NCBI GenBank assembly: GCA_964016885.1
Contig: OZ024750.1
Coordinates: 29,574,001-29,638,000 of the forward strand
Source of the DNA: Eledone cirrhosa
Taxonomy: Eukaryota
Length of the DNA stretch: 64,000 nucleotides
Direction of reading: 5' to 3'
Below, in pieces: positions 40,293 through 52,624 of this stretch (position 1 is the first letter of the stretch; each line of letters starts with the position of its first letter). A model generated the notes under the pieces. It saw only the letters and a list, made by a program, of their open reading frames with translations. It had not been told where the DNA came from and did no database searches. The position numbers and the translations under genes were made by a program.

Positions 40293-40502
40293 TTGAAATA
40301 GAAATAGAAGCTAGATTGTAATATTTTTTACTATAATATAGTCTAATGATGGGGCGTATAAACCCACTGAATGGAAAAAAATGGGTATCAGCTCCCATGT
40401 GTGCTGATACCCAACTTTTTTTGTTCAGTAGGTTCTTATGCCCCATTATTAGACTATATTGTAGTAAAAAATATTACAATGTAGCTTCTATTTCTATTTC
40501 AA
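40293..40502. repeat. Inverted repeat, 100-nt arms, 10-nt loop
   Basis: 40293-40392 versus the reverse complement of 40403-40502, roughly 88% identical by eye. Confidence 0.92.
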
Positions 40503-40556
40503 GTCATAATATTTATTTATTCATGGTTAATGAGTTTTTATTTTTTTTATTTCAAG

Positions 40557-41162
40557 GTAGTAAAACACTTTAAAGACAAATATGGAATTGATGCCGAGCC
40601 TGTTTCTATATCTCAGATGAAATACAGTTTTGAGATCTGGACAGCTAAACTTTCTGCTAAACCCACAGAGAAAGAAAGTTTAAATACTTTCTGTTACTTT
40701 ATGACCAATGGCCAGTATTCCTTGAATCCAGTTATTGAATTCCTTAAATGGGTGGTATATCAATCTGACCACACGATACCTGCTATTGCCCTATCTCTTT
40801 CTGAGTTCATATTGGACAAATTGGATACTTCCATCACTGATGAGATGTTTCTAGCATTTGGAGAAACTTTAAAGAAGAAAATGGTAAACCTTCTAGGAGA
40901 AAATGGAATATTTTTGTTTCCTCCTCATCCACGTGTAGCACCATACCACAACCAACCATTAACGACACCATTTGATTTTTCTTACACGGCTATCTTCAAC
41001 TACCTCGGATTTCCCGTTACACAATGTCCTGTTGGATTAAACTGTCAAGGTTTACCTCTCGGTGTACAAGTTGTTGGATCGAAGCTAGCTGACCGTATTA
41101 CAATTTCTGTTGCTCAGGAAATTGAAGCTGCATTTGGTGGCTGGGTAAATCCAAATGCTTAA
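40557..41162 (+). CDS. FAAH2: FAAH2-like terminal coding exon 7
   Basis: ttcaAG acceptor. VVKHF...FLFPPHPRVAPYH...YTAIFNYLGFPVTQCPVGLNCQGLPLGVQVVG...AFGGWVNPNA-stop. Spliced CDS totals 1593 nt = 530 aa plus stop. Confidence 0.95.
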   Translation, partial: VVKHFKDKYGIDAEPVSISQMKYSFEIWTAKLSAKPTEKESLNTFCYFMTNGQYSLNPVIEFLKWVVYQSDHTIPAIALSLSEFILDKLDTSITDEMFLAFGETLKKKMVNLLGENGIFLFPPHPRVAPYHNQPLTTPFDFSYTAIFNYLGFPVTQCPVGLNCQGLPLGVQVVGSKLADRITISVAQEIEAAFGGWVNPNA

Positions 41163-41244
41163 ATTTAGTTCATTTTATATTATTTTTTCAGTTTCCCTAT
41201 TTTTTTGTTAATCAAACAAGAAAGAAAAAAAAAAGAGTAAAAAA

Positions 41245-41250
41245 AATAAA
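41245..41250 (+). promoter_or_regulatory. Candidate polyadenylation signal of FAAH2
   Basis: AATAAA ~80 nt after the stop, but inside an A-rich tract, so weak. Confidence 0.25.
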
Positions 41251-41354
41251 TTACTAGAAAATTATTTTCTTAAAATACTGCAAGATCAAAATTTATTCTT
41301 TTAAACCAAAGAAACTAAAGAATATATACAAGGTGGAATTTTACCATAAAGATA

Positions 41355-42220
41355 TGTATGTATTTTTGTATGTGTGTGTGTATGTGTGAGTATGTGGGTG
41401 TGTTTATATTTGTAAGGATTTGACTGATATGTATTTTTGTATGCGCGTGTATGTGTGTCTGTGTATGTGTGGGGGTGAATATATAGCTGTGTTTATATTT
41501 GTAAGGATTTGATTGATCTGTATGTATTTGTGTGTGTGTGTGTGTGTTTATTTTTAGTGTGTGTGTGGTGGTGGTGGGGGTTAATTTTCTAAGGATTTGA
41601 CTGATATGTATGTGTGTCTCTGTAAGTATGTCTATGTGTGTGCACCTGTGAATATGTTTGCATGTGTAAGTGTGTGTGTGTGTGTATATGTAAGTATGTG
41701 GTTATATTTGTGAAGATTTGACTATGTATGTATATTTGTGTAGTGTGTGTGTGTATATATGGTTATATTTGTAAGGATTTGACTATGCATGTATGTATAT
41801 TTGTGTGTGAGTGAGTGTAGATATGTATGTGTGAGTGAGTGTAGATATGTATGCATGTGTGTGTGTGTATATGTGTGTGTATATGTGTGTGTATGTGGTT
41901 ATAATTGTAACAATTTCACTGCTATATATGCCAGCAATGATGTATGTACATAAATACTTCAACCATATTTATAATGCATTGATACCAATCAGTACTGCTG
42001 TGTTTATATACACACATATATATATACATGTTTATATATATATGTATGTATATATATATATATATGTGTTTGTATGTATATGTGTATTTTTGTATTTGTA
42101 TGTAATATGTATGTGCGTGTATATATATATATGTTTGTGTGTGTATATATATATATGTGTGTATTTGTGTGTATATATACATGTGTATATAAATATATAC
42201 GTGTGTGTGTATATATATAC

Positions 42221-42264
<44 letters not shown>

Positions 42265-42273
42265 TCTATATAC

Positions 42274-42316
<43 letters not shown>

Positions 42317-42325
42317 TCTATATAC

Positions 42326-42378
<53 letters not shown>

Positions 42379-43070
42379 TCTATATACATATGTATATATG
42401 TGATTATATATATATATATATATATATATGAGTCTATATACATATGTATATATGTGTTTATATATACATATGTATATATATGTGTGTGTGGATATACATG
42501 TGTATATATATGTACATATATATGTATATATATGTGTGTATATATATATATGTATATATATGTGTGTATATATATATATGTGTGTATATATACATATGTA
42601 TATATATGTGTGTGTGGATATACATGTGTATATATATGTACATATATATGTATATATATGTGTGTATATATACATATGTATATATATATGTGTGTATATA
42701 TACATATGTATATATATATGTGTGTATATATACATATGTATATATATATGTGTGTATATATACATATGTATATATATATGTGTGTATATATATACATATG
42801 TATATATATATATATGTGTGTATATATATACATATGTATATATATATATATATGTGTGTGCACGTGCATAAATGTATATGTGCATGTATGTATATGTATA
42901 TATACATATATAATATATATATATATATAGTTTGTGTGTGTATACTTTTGTATGTTTCTCTTCCTGTATATGTGTATTATGTATGTATGTATACATATGT
43001 ATGTGTACATATACATACGTATACATACATATATATGTGTACATATATATATGTATGTATCTATGTATAT
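41355..43070. repeat. Degenerate (TG/TA)n microsatellite field
   Basis: Direct inspection. Confidence 0.9.
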
Positions 43071-43071
43071 G

Positions 43072-43345
43072 AAGGACTCATTGAAAAAGACTGGTTTGAT
43101 GGTGGCTGACCGGGAGATAGAAGCTCTTGAAAGAGAAACTTGGTATGGAATGGTGAATGATGGGGTCCATAATTTTGAGGACAGATGCGTAGAGCACGAG
43201 AAGATTAAATGGGATGTGCACAAGCAATGCCCTGGTCTATCTCTCGAAATGATTGGTGACTCCATTGAATCTACCGACTGTAGAAAGATTTGCTTGAGCA
43301 AATCTGGTCTCAGGAGCCACAGTTGCAGCCATGTTCAAAGAGAAC
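43072..43345 (+). mobile_element. RTE-BovB-like 3' ORF fragment with C2H2-type finger
   Basis: KDSLKKTG...[20 protein letters not shown]...[14 protein letters not shown]. Confidence 0.6.
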
Positions 43346-43536
43346 CAGTGAACTATGATCTCCACAGTATTGTTAAGGTTCACAGGCAACTTGATGCAAG
43401 ACCTGAGGCCAGGAAGATCCATAGTTGTCAAGGAGGGCAAGCCTCTAGTACTAGTAGGCTTGAAAAGCCATATTCGAGTGTCACACATCTGAATTTGACA
43501 AGTGATTGCAATACTCTTAGTAGAGTATGCAGCCAT

Positions 43537-45605
43537 CATGTATGTACACATCTATGTATGTACATATCTGTGTATGTACACATCTGTGTGTATGTACATA
43601 TCTGTGTAGGTACATATCTGTGTATGTATATATCTGTGTATGTACATATCTGTGTATGTACATATCTGTGTATGTACATATCTGTGTATGTACATATCTG
43701 TGTATGTACATATCTGTGTATGTACATATCTGTGTATGTACATATCTGTGTATGTACATATCTGTGTATGTATATATCTGTGTATGTACACATCTATGTA
43801 TGTACATATCTGTGTATGTATATATCTGTGTATGTACATATCTGTGTATGTACATATCTGTGTATGTACACATCTATGTATGTACACATCTGTGTAGGTA
43901 CATATCTGTGTATGTATATATCTGTGTATGTATATATCTGTGTATGTATATATCTGTGTATGTACATATCTGTGTATGTACATATATGTGTATGTACATA
44001 TGTGTATGTACATATCTGTGTAGGTACATATCTGTGTATGTACATATCTGTGTATGTACACATCTGTGTATGTATATATCTGTGTATGTACATATCTGTG
44101 TATGTACATATCTGTGTATGTACATATCTGTGTATGTATATATCTGTGTATGTACACATCTGTGTATGTACATATCTATATATGTACATATCTGTGTATG
44201 TACACATCTATGTATGTACATATCTGTGTATGTACATATCTGTGTATGTACACATCTATGTATGTACATATCTGTGTATGTACATATCTGTGTATGTACA
44301 TATCTGTGTATGTATATATCTGTGTAGGTACATATCTGTGTATGTACATATCTGTGTATGTATATATCTGTGTAGGTACATATCTGTGTATGTACATATC
44401 TGTGTAGGTACATATCTGTGTATGTACATATCTGTGTAGGTACATATCTGTGTATGTACACATCTGTGTATGTACATATCTGTGTATGTATATATCTGTG
44501 TAGGTACATATCTGTGTAGGTACATATCTGTGTATGTACATATCTGTGTATGTACATATCTGTGTGTATGTACATATCTGTGTATGTATATATCTGTGTA
44601 TGTATATATCTGTGTATGTACATATCTGTGTATGTACATATCTGTGTATGTACATATCTGTGTATGTACATATCTGTGTATGTACATATCTGTGTATGTA
44701 CATATCTGTGTATGTACATATCTGTGTATGTATATATCTGTGTATGTACATATGTGTATGTATATATCTCTGTATGTACACATCTGTGTAGGTACATATC
44801 TCTGTATGTACATATCTGTGTATGTACATATGTGTGTATGTACATATCTGTGTATGTACATATCTGTGTATGTACATATCTGTGTATGTACATATCTGTG
44901 TAGGTACATATGTGTAGGTACATATCTGTGTATGTACATATCTGTGTAGGTACATATGTGTAGGTACATATCTGTGTATGTACATATCTGTGTAGGTACA
45001 TATGTGTAGGTACATATCTGTGTATGTACATATCTATATATGTACATATCTATATATGTACATATCTGTGTATGTACATATCTATATATGTACATATCTG
45101 TGTATGTACATATCTGTGTATGTACATATCTGTGTATGTACATATCTGTGTATGTACATATCTGTGTATGTACATATCTGTGTATGTACATATCTGTGTA
45201 TGTACATATCTGTGTATGTACATATCTGTGTATGTACATATCTGTGTATGTACACATCTGTGTATGTACATATCTGTGTATGTATATATCTGTGTATGTA
45301 CATATCTGTGTATGTACATATCTGTGTATGTACATATCTGTGTATGTACATATCTATATATGTACATATCTGTGTATGTACATATCTGTGTATGTACATA
45401 TCTGTGTATGTACATATCTGTGTATGTACATATCTATATATGTACATATCTATATATGTACATATCTATATATGTACATATCTATATATGTACATATCTA
45501 TATATGTACATATCTATATATGTACATATCTATATATGTACATATCTGTGTATGTACATATCTGTGTATGTACATATCTGTGTATGTACATATCTGTGTA
45601 TGTGT
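43537..45605. repeat. 16-bp minisatellite (tgtatgtacatatctg)n, ~2 kb
   Basis: Direct inspection. Confidence 0.95.
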
Positions 45606-45704
45606 GTTTAATCATACCACATCCATCCCCTCCCTCTTCAAGTCTTGAAATATAAATGTGATAAAGCTCATACATCGCCTAAATTTATATTTCAATCATA
45701 GATC

Positions 45705-46090
45705 CCCCCTCTCTCTCTCTCTCAATCTTTTTTTCTGTGTCTCTCAATCTGTCTCTCTCAATCTGTCTGTCTCTCACTCCCTCTGTCTCTCACTCCCTCT
45801 GTCTCTCACTCCCTCTGTCTCTCACTCCCTCTGTCTCTCACTCCCTCTGTCTCTCACTCCCTCTGTCTCTCACTCCCTCTGTCTCTCACTCCCTCTGTCT
45901 CTCACTCCCTCTGTCTCTCACTTCCTCTGTCTCTCACTCCCTCTCACTCTTTCTCACTCCCCCTCACTCCCTCTCACTCTTTCTCACTCCCCCTCACTCC
46001 CTCTCACTCTTTCTCACTCTCTCTCATTCTCTCTGTCTCTCAATCTCTCTCTATCTCTCCACCAATCTCTGTTACTCCCTCTCTCTGAAT
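45705..46090. repeat. CT-rich 16-bp repeat (ctcactccctctgtct)n
   Basis: Direct inspection. Confidence 0.9.
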
Positions 46091-46504
46091 CTATCTATTG
46101 TTTGTGTAATAGTAAAGATATGTCATAAACCTATGACATGTCTCAGATAATACATTATTAAAATGACAGTTTACTCTTAAGAAGTCCTAAATAGGTGATA
46201 TATATCTTTAGTAGAGGATGCTTGAGAAAATAACAGTTTTTCATACTTAAACCTCATCCTTTGTATCACCTTTATATTTTTATCCTATTAGTAACATTCC
46301 ATTTTATTTCTTTGAATAAGAATTTGGATAATTTAATCTGACTTCAATCTTATTTCAAAGTAACTTTCATTTATATATGAATATTAACTTGAAATTACTC
46401 ATTATTTCTCAAATATATGTAATAATTTTCATAAGAGTCTAGATTATTATATATAATTTTTAGATATTATTGTAATTTATAGGGGAAGGTGAAAACCGCC
46501 GGCA

Positions 46505-46605
46505 ATGCCGAGCAGTTTCAGTTTGTATTTGGTAAGCCTTTTCATAGGTATATGCTCCTGAAAAGGCTTGCCAAATACTAGCCGAAACTGCTGGGCATAG
46601 CAGTT
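46505..46605. other. Foldback (40-nt arms) with a hammerhead-like core
   Basis: Arms 46505-46544 and 46559-46598. The + strand reads CTGAAAA-GGCT..AGCC-GAAA-CTGCT..AGCAG-TT. Confidence 0.55.
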
Positions 46606-46985
46606 GCGTTTTTAGCTACTCTGCTTCTTCCCATGCATATCGAGTGCTCCCCTGATTTGTGGTCTCCCTGATCTCAGCACCACAGATTTTATACATGTAT
46701 ATATATATATAATTTAGTTTATTCAGTAATTTTGTTGGTTACTGGTGCTGGAACCAAAGTTAGCCCTTCAAAGCTATTGCAGAGTGTTTATGTTAAGTTT
46801 AATATGACAGTTTCACTTTAAAATGTTTTTATTGAATATTAATCAATACACATGTTTCACAGAAGATTGGCTTCAGGTCATCTGTGATGATTAATATACA
46901 ATAAAAACATTTTAAAGTGAAACTTCGTCACATCAAACTCAATACAAACACACACACACACACACACACACATATGTATTTTAGA

Positions 46986-47398
46986 GAAAATAGAAGACCA
47001 GATTACAATATATTCCTTTAATGTTACACAATAGCATAATACATATTTCTATGGCCAGCTTACGGCATCAGACCATGGCGCAATATAATCAGCGACAACA
47101 TCAGATGTAATGAATATAAAAGAATGAAAATATTTAGTTAAGTAATCCCAAGGAGACCATCCATCGTAGTAATTGCAATGCTGGCTGGGTGGCTTCTGTA
47201 TCGATTTTTTGTTTATATTCTGCTGTAACCCAGTAGGGAATGCTGAGCTAAACCTTTTAAATCTTTATATTCATTACATCTGATGTCATCACTGATTGTC
47301 TTGTGTCATGGTCTGATGACGTAAGTCGGCCATAGAAATATGTATTATGTGATTGTGTAATGTTAACGGAATGTATTGGAATCCGGCCTTCTATTTTC
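46986..47398. repeat. Foldback element, ~138-nt inverted arms
   Basis: 46986-47123 versus the reverse complement of ~47262-47398. Confidence 0.88.
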
Positions 47399-47747
47399 AT
47401 TGCATCAACCACGAGATTCCTCATCTGTGATGGTTGATATGCATAACGTTGAGTGCTTTTGTTTATTGCATCATAGTCTGCTAATCAGAATGACTAGATC
47501 TACCCATTAGTTAAATCATCCAACATAAACGGTGTGTGTGTATTCACACACACACACACACATATATATATATGCACGTGTGTGTATATATATATGTATA
47601 TATATATATATGCACGTGTGTGTACACACACACACGTGTGTGTATGTATATATATATATATGCACGTGTGTGTACACACACACACACGTGTGTGTATCTA
47701 TATATATATGCACATGTGTGTGTATATGCACGTGTTTATACACACAC

Positions 47748-47785
<38 letters not shown>

Positions 47786-48756
47786 TGGAGATGAGGAATT
47801 TGGGGTGGTAAATATGTTCATGTCCAACAAAATGTCTAACAGTATTTAGTAACGACCCTCTACATTCTGATTTCAACCCCCAACCTTTTCAGGTCAATCT
47901 ATCTTTTGTTCCCTTTCCAGTAATAAATGTACATGGCTTGATTCAATAAATTATTCCCACATCCTAACACATCTAGAAAAATAAATATATATTTTAGAGA
48001 TATAAGCAGTTCAAATATCCGGTTATGTGTTTCACAATTTTAATGGAAATTATTAGAAATATTTCTGTTGTGAAGCAGCTTAACGATGTAATTTGAGTGT
48101 TTGGTTGTCTTCTGACTACAAGTGTGAAGAATGTTTGTTAGTTTGGAATAGTTGCCATTAGAGGAAGTCTACAACTGTTTCTGTCACAAACAAAGGATTA
48201 ACATAAATGACATGTTTTTACAATTTATGTTAGTTTGTGTTCCTATCAATAGGTCTCCTGGCATGTCAAAGAGAGAAAGAGAGAGAGAGAGATATATACA
48301 TAGAGTTAACCTCGGTTCTTTTCTTCTTTGTCACAATCTACGAGACCACATGATGAAAGAAAGTTATGATGACAAGGGGATCACTCAGAGCACTTATTCT
48401 TTTGACATAATGCTTTCTTCACCCTTCAATTTCATATTCCTTTTGAAGCTATAATTATATGGTATTGATGTGGATATGAGTTGAACTTTACAAGGGAGCA
48501 AGTTGTTAGTCTTCTTACTCATGGACTACTATGTCAACTATAATAAACATTCTCATAGTCAATCTCTATTGTGTCCTATGGAAGTGATAGACTGCAGGAT
48601 TAAATACGATAAGGATCATAAAACCCCCTTTCCCTGATAGAGCAGAGTTTAGCTCTGCAGACCCATGACAAACTTACCTACCATGGGGCTCTTCCTGAGG
48701 CAATGTCTTTCCTAATCCAACACTTTTAGTTGACTTTTAACAAATTGCAGGATAAA

Positions 48757-49145
48757 GTGTACCTATTGTAAACCAGATATACACAGGAACATGGTGTATA
48801 TATTCTAAACCAGCTACACAGGGGTATGCTGAACCTATTGTAAACCATGTACACACAGGGATACAGTGTACCTATTGTAAACTATGTACACACAGGGATA
48901 CAGTGTACCTATTGTAAACTATGTACACACAGGGACATAGTGTGCCTATTGTAAACCAGATACACACAGGGACATAGTGTGCCTATCGTAAACCAGATAC
49001 ACACAGGGACATAGTGTGCCTATCGTAAACCAGATACACATAGGAGTACGGTGTATGTAATGTAAACCAGAGACATGACACACCTTTTGTAAACCAGATA
49101 CATACAAGAACACGGTGTATCTATTCTAAACCAGATATACACAGC
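48757..49145. repeat. 37-bp minisatellite, same family as 10128-10925
   Basis: gtgtacctattgtaaaccagatacacacagggacata units. Confidence 0.88.
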
Positions 49146-50218
49146 AAGTGCAGGGTTAAATGTTTAAAATTAATTAATTACATCCCTTTACATTCTGAGA
49201 TCAAATCCTGTCATGGTTGACTTTGCTTAAGCTGTCAGGGATTGAAAAAATACCAGTAATGTACTGAGATAATTGAGTAAAATCTTCCAAAAATTGTGTT
49301 TTAGTTTCTGAGTTAGAAGTAATTATTATTCTATGTTCTTAGCTGTTCACTCTGGTGGGGTTAATAAAATCAGTACCAGTAATGTAATTGGGTTCATTTA
49401 TTTGTCTGTTCCCTCCAGCAAATTTTACAGCCTTATGCTTAATCAAAAGATGTCATTATTATTAGTATTATAAACAAATAAATTATGTATTATTATGTAA
49501 TAAAAACAATCAGTCTCTCTTTATTATTACAAATATTGTTGTATTATTATGATTACATGTATTAAACTGATGTTGCTGTGTATGTTGTCTTAGTTCAGTG
49601 AGAGAATGACACATTGATTAAATATAAGCAGGTTCCAAACGGAAACACATAAAAAGATATCAGATTTATTTTTATACTTATTGTCTCATGTCTAAAAAAA
49701 AATTCTAAAGTCTGTCTCAAGCTTGGCAGCTCATCAGACCAATGCTTATCCGGGTTTCTGACACGACAGAGGGTACAAGACTCTCTCCACCCCTGGACAT
49801 GACACCAGTCTATCACAGGGTTAAAGTCTGTCTCAAGTCCAGAGGCTGATCAAGCCGGTGCTTATCCCGGTTTTCATGCCACAGAGTACAAGATTTCCCT
49901 GGATAAAATGTCAGTCCATCACAGGGTTAAACTCCCAGCTATTTGCTGGTTCTCATTGTTTAGCTAGTATACTGGAGTAACATAAAATGAATTGTTTTGC
50001 TCAAAACACAACACACAACCTGGTCCAGCAATCGAACCCATGACATTATGATCATACGCCCAACACTCTTAACACTAGGACATGTGCATCCACTGTTTCA
50101 TACCTTTGTAATAATTGCAGGAGTAAATTAAAAATAATAATGGTATATATGGTCAGACAAGGATTTGGGACACATTGATGTCATATTTTTCTCAATGAGA
50201 AACATGGACATACAGCAC

Positions 50219-50253
<35 letters not shown>

Positions 50254-51439
50254 CATATGGGCATTCATGCAATTATCCATGGTCCTGGGCTCTCAGCATC
50301 ATATATATATATATATGGGCATTCATGCAAGTATCCATGGTCCCTGGCCTTTAGCATCATATATATGAGCATTCATGCAATTATCTATGCTCCCAACCCC
50401 TCAGTATCATATATATGGGCATTCATGCAATTATCCATAGTCCCGGGCCCTCAACAATGAGGATCGGAAGAGACTAGATCGATGTGTGATAAATATATCT
50501 TGCTGTGAATAACACGACTACGTCGGTATTGTGCTAGCAGTGGTGTATACATGTATTTCACGGTTATCTTGTGTGTGGGGAGCATATGTATGGCCCGTCT
50601 CGAGGTCCCAACAGACAGAGTGGAGAAAACGTGGCCTCTGATGACGGCGAAGATGTGTTAAAATAGTAATTTGTACTTGCAGGGCTCGCTCTTGTGGGTA
50701 GCCAACTCCAATCTGATAATAGTGACTAGCGATGTGATCCAGGGACCAAGAACACCGGAAGTCTCACTATTACAGGTTCGACCACAAATACGAATCTTGT
50801 AACTTAAACTGTCTATTTGTTATATTAGATCAACGTCAAGTTGAAAATATTTGGGAGAAAGAAAAGAAAAAGAAAAAGAGATCATTTTCAAGGGAGGTAA
50901 ATCTGCAACACTTACTATTTTTGGCTATTAACAGATACAGTTATCTCCCATTGAAAGCTTCTTTATTTTTGAGGAAAGAAACAAGTTAAATTAATTTTAA
51001 ATAGTTTTTAATTAATTTTATATGAAGAAACGTACGGCAGCATTCTAGTTATTCAAAATAATTTCAAATTTAAACTTTTGTTTCTGTCATTGGAATACGG
51101 GCGTCTTACTGAAAGGTATTCCAATTTCCATATTTTTTTAACAGTAATAATTTTATTCACCGTTGTATAACATTACCAATTTTTCACAATTCTTTCAGAA
51201 TGACAATTAAATACAATGGTGCGTTATATTTGTAAGATTCCTAGCAATAATTAATTGTATTTATTATATATTGACTCTGAAAGAATTGTTAACAGTTTGT
51301 AATGTTCTGGCTACGGTTCGTTTATCCATCCCTTTCGCTTGCCTTTTGATGTATGTCGTCCAACATGTGTGTATTACCTGCTTGTTTTCTTTTCTCCTTT
51401 TTCCCATTATTAAATCGACCCCAGTGCATGACTGGTAAT

Positions 51440-51720
51440 AATAATAACAGCAATAATTTAAAAAAAAACAAAGGAAACAAAAGAAAAAAAAGAATTGGAA
51501 AATAGAGAAAAAAGAGGAAAAGAAAAGAGCGGGGAGGGGATGGCGCGAACTCTGGTGTCGCAGAAGAGATAGGAGGAGTGATTGGGCTTTGGGGCTGGGC
51601 CAGAAGGGTTGCTCCCCGCGGACAATGGCCAGTGACACCCGCAGCAACAACCACCCAACCTCGCAGGGCTCCTTCCGCCGCCAACTTGCGGAGGAGCCTG
51701 GCTGTACGGGGTCCATGTAC
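51440..51720 (-). mobile_element. GC-rich dispersed repeat (probable retroposon 3' end)
   Basis: AATGGCCAGTGACACCC.C.GCAACA shared with 16786-16840. Both copies are preceded by A-rich tracts. Confidence 0.45.
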
Positions 51721-51762
51721 GCCTGATTTCTCGTTGTTATACGTGTTAATATTTTCATTTGT

Positions 51763-51946
51763 GGTGGATTGGCAGTATCGGTAGAGGGTCGGACGCTATG
51801 CTTTGACGCACAGAGTTACGGTCCTTGCCATTCTGAGTTCGAATCCCGCCGAGGTTAACTTTGCCTTTTATCCTTACGGGGTCGATAAAATAAAGTACCA
51901 GTAATGCACTGGGTATTTGCTGGCCTTGTGCCAAAAAATAGGAACA
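51763..51946 (+). mobile_element. tRNA-derived SINE with 12-bp TSD
   Basis: TSD ATTTTCATTTGT at 51751-51762 and 51947-51958. Nearly identical to 35253-35443. Confidence 0.88.
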
Positions 51947-52313
51947 ATTTTCATTTGTAATGTTATTTATACAACTGAAATTCCATATTTTCCTTCTGTG
52001 TATTGTTCTATGCTTCTCTGTTCGTCTATTTCTTTTCTTTCATCTCGTTTATCGCTAAACTATGTTGAATGATACATTTTTCATCGTGAAACGACTTGTT
52101 ATTTCACAACCAATTACTATCCTCGTTTTCTGATAAATATGGAGCAAATCAATATTTTATTTATTTTTCTGTCTGAGGTGTGGGTGGAAGGTAAGTCTTA
52201 CTTCTATGAACAACATCAAGACAAAAAAAACAAAACTGTGATATCTAATTTCGTTGTAACTTTTAACATCCTGTACCACATCAAAACATAGGAATTAATA
52301 GCTGATAAACATA

Positions 52314-52624
52314 CTGTGGAACCTCGATTCACAAACTTAATTCGTTCCTGAAGGCCTTTCGTCACCCGAAATGTTCGTAAACTGAAACTATATTTTTCAT
52401 ACGAAATGTTGAGAGAAATGGTGAGAGAGACTGTGTGTGAAAGACAGATAGATATTACCATAGTAACTAACTACAGAGCAAGTGATGCTTTCCCACCGAT
52501 ACTCCAAGCTTGTTACTAACCGTTGTTGCCGGCTTGTGTGTTCGTAACTCAAGACACCGTTCGTGAACTGAGATGTTTTATGCTCGGGAGGGGGGGGGAT
52601 TCTTCGTGAACCGAGGTTCCACTG
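52314..52624. mobile_element. pogo/Tigger-like MITE (second copy)
   Basis: TA TSD, CTGTGGAACCTCG...CGAGGTTCCACTG. Internal similarity to 14176-14501. Confidence 0.8.

Noticed and set aside
41835-45655. Dozens of long ORFs rich in Y/I/C/V/H/T
   Set aside because: Translations of (TA/TG)n and the 16-bp minisatellite, open in many frames on both strands.
51530-51720. GC-rich CpG-island-like promoter
   Set aside because: Shares sequence with 16786-16840 and has an A-rich flank, so it is better explained as a dispersed repeat.
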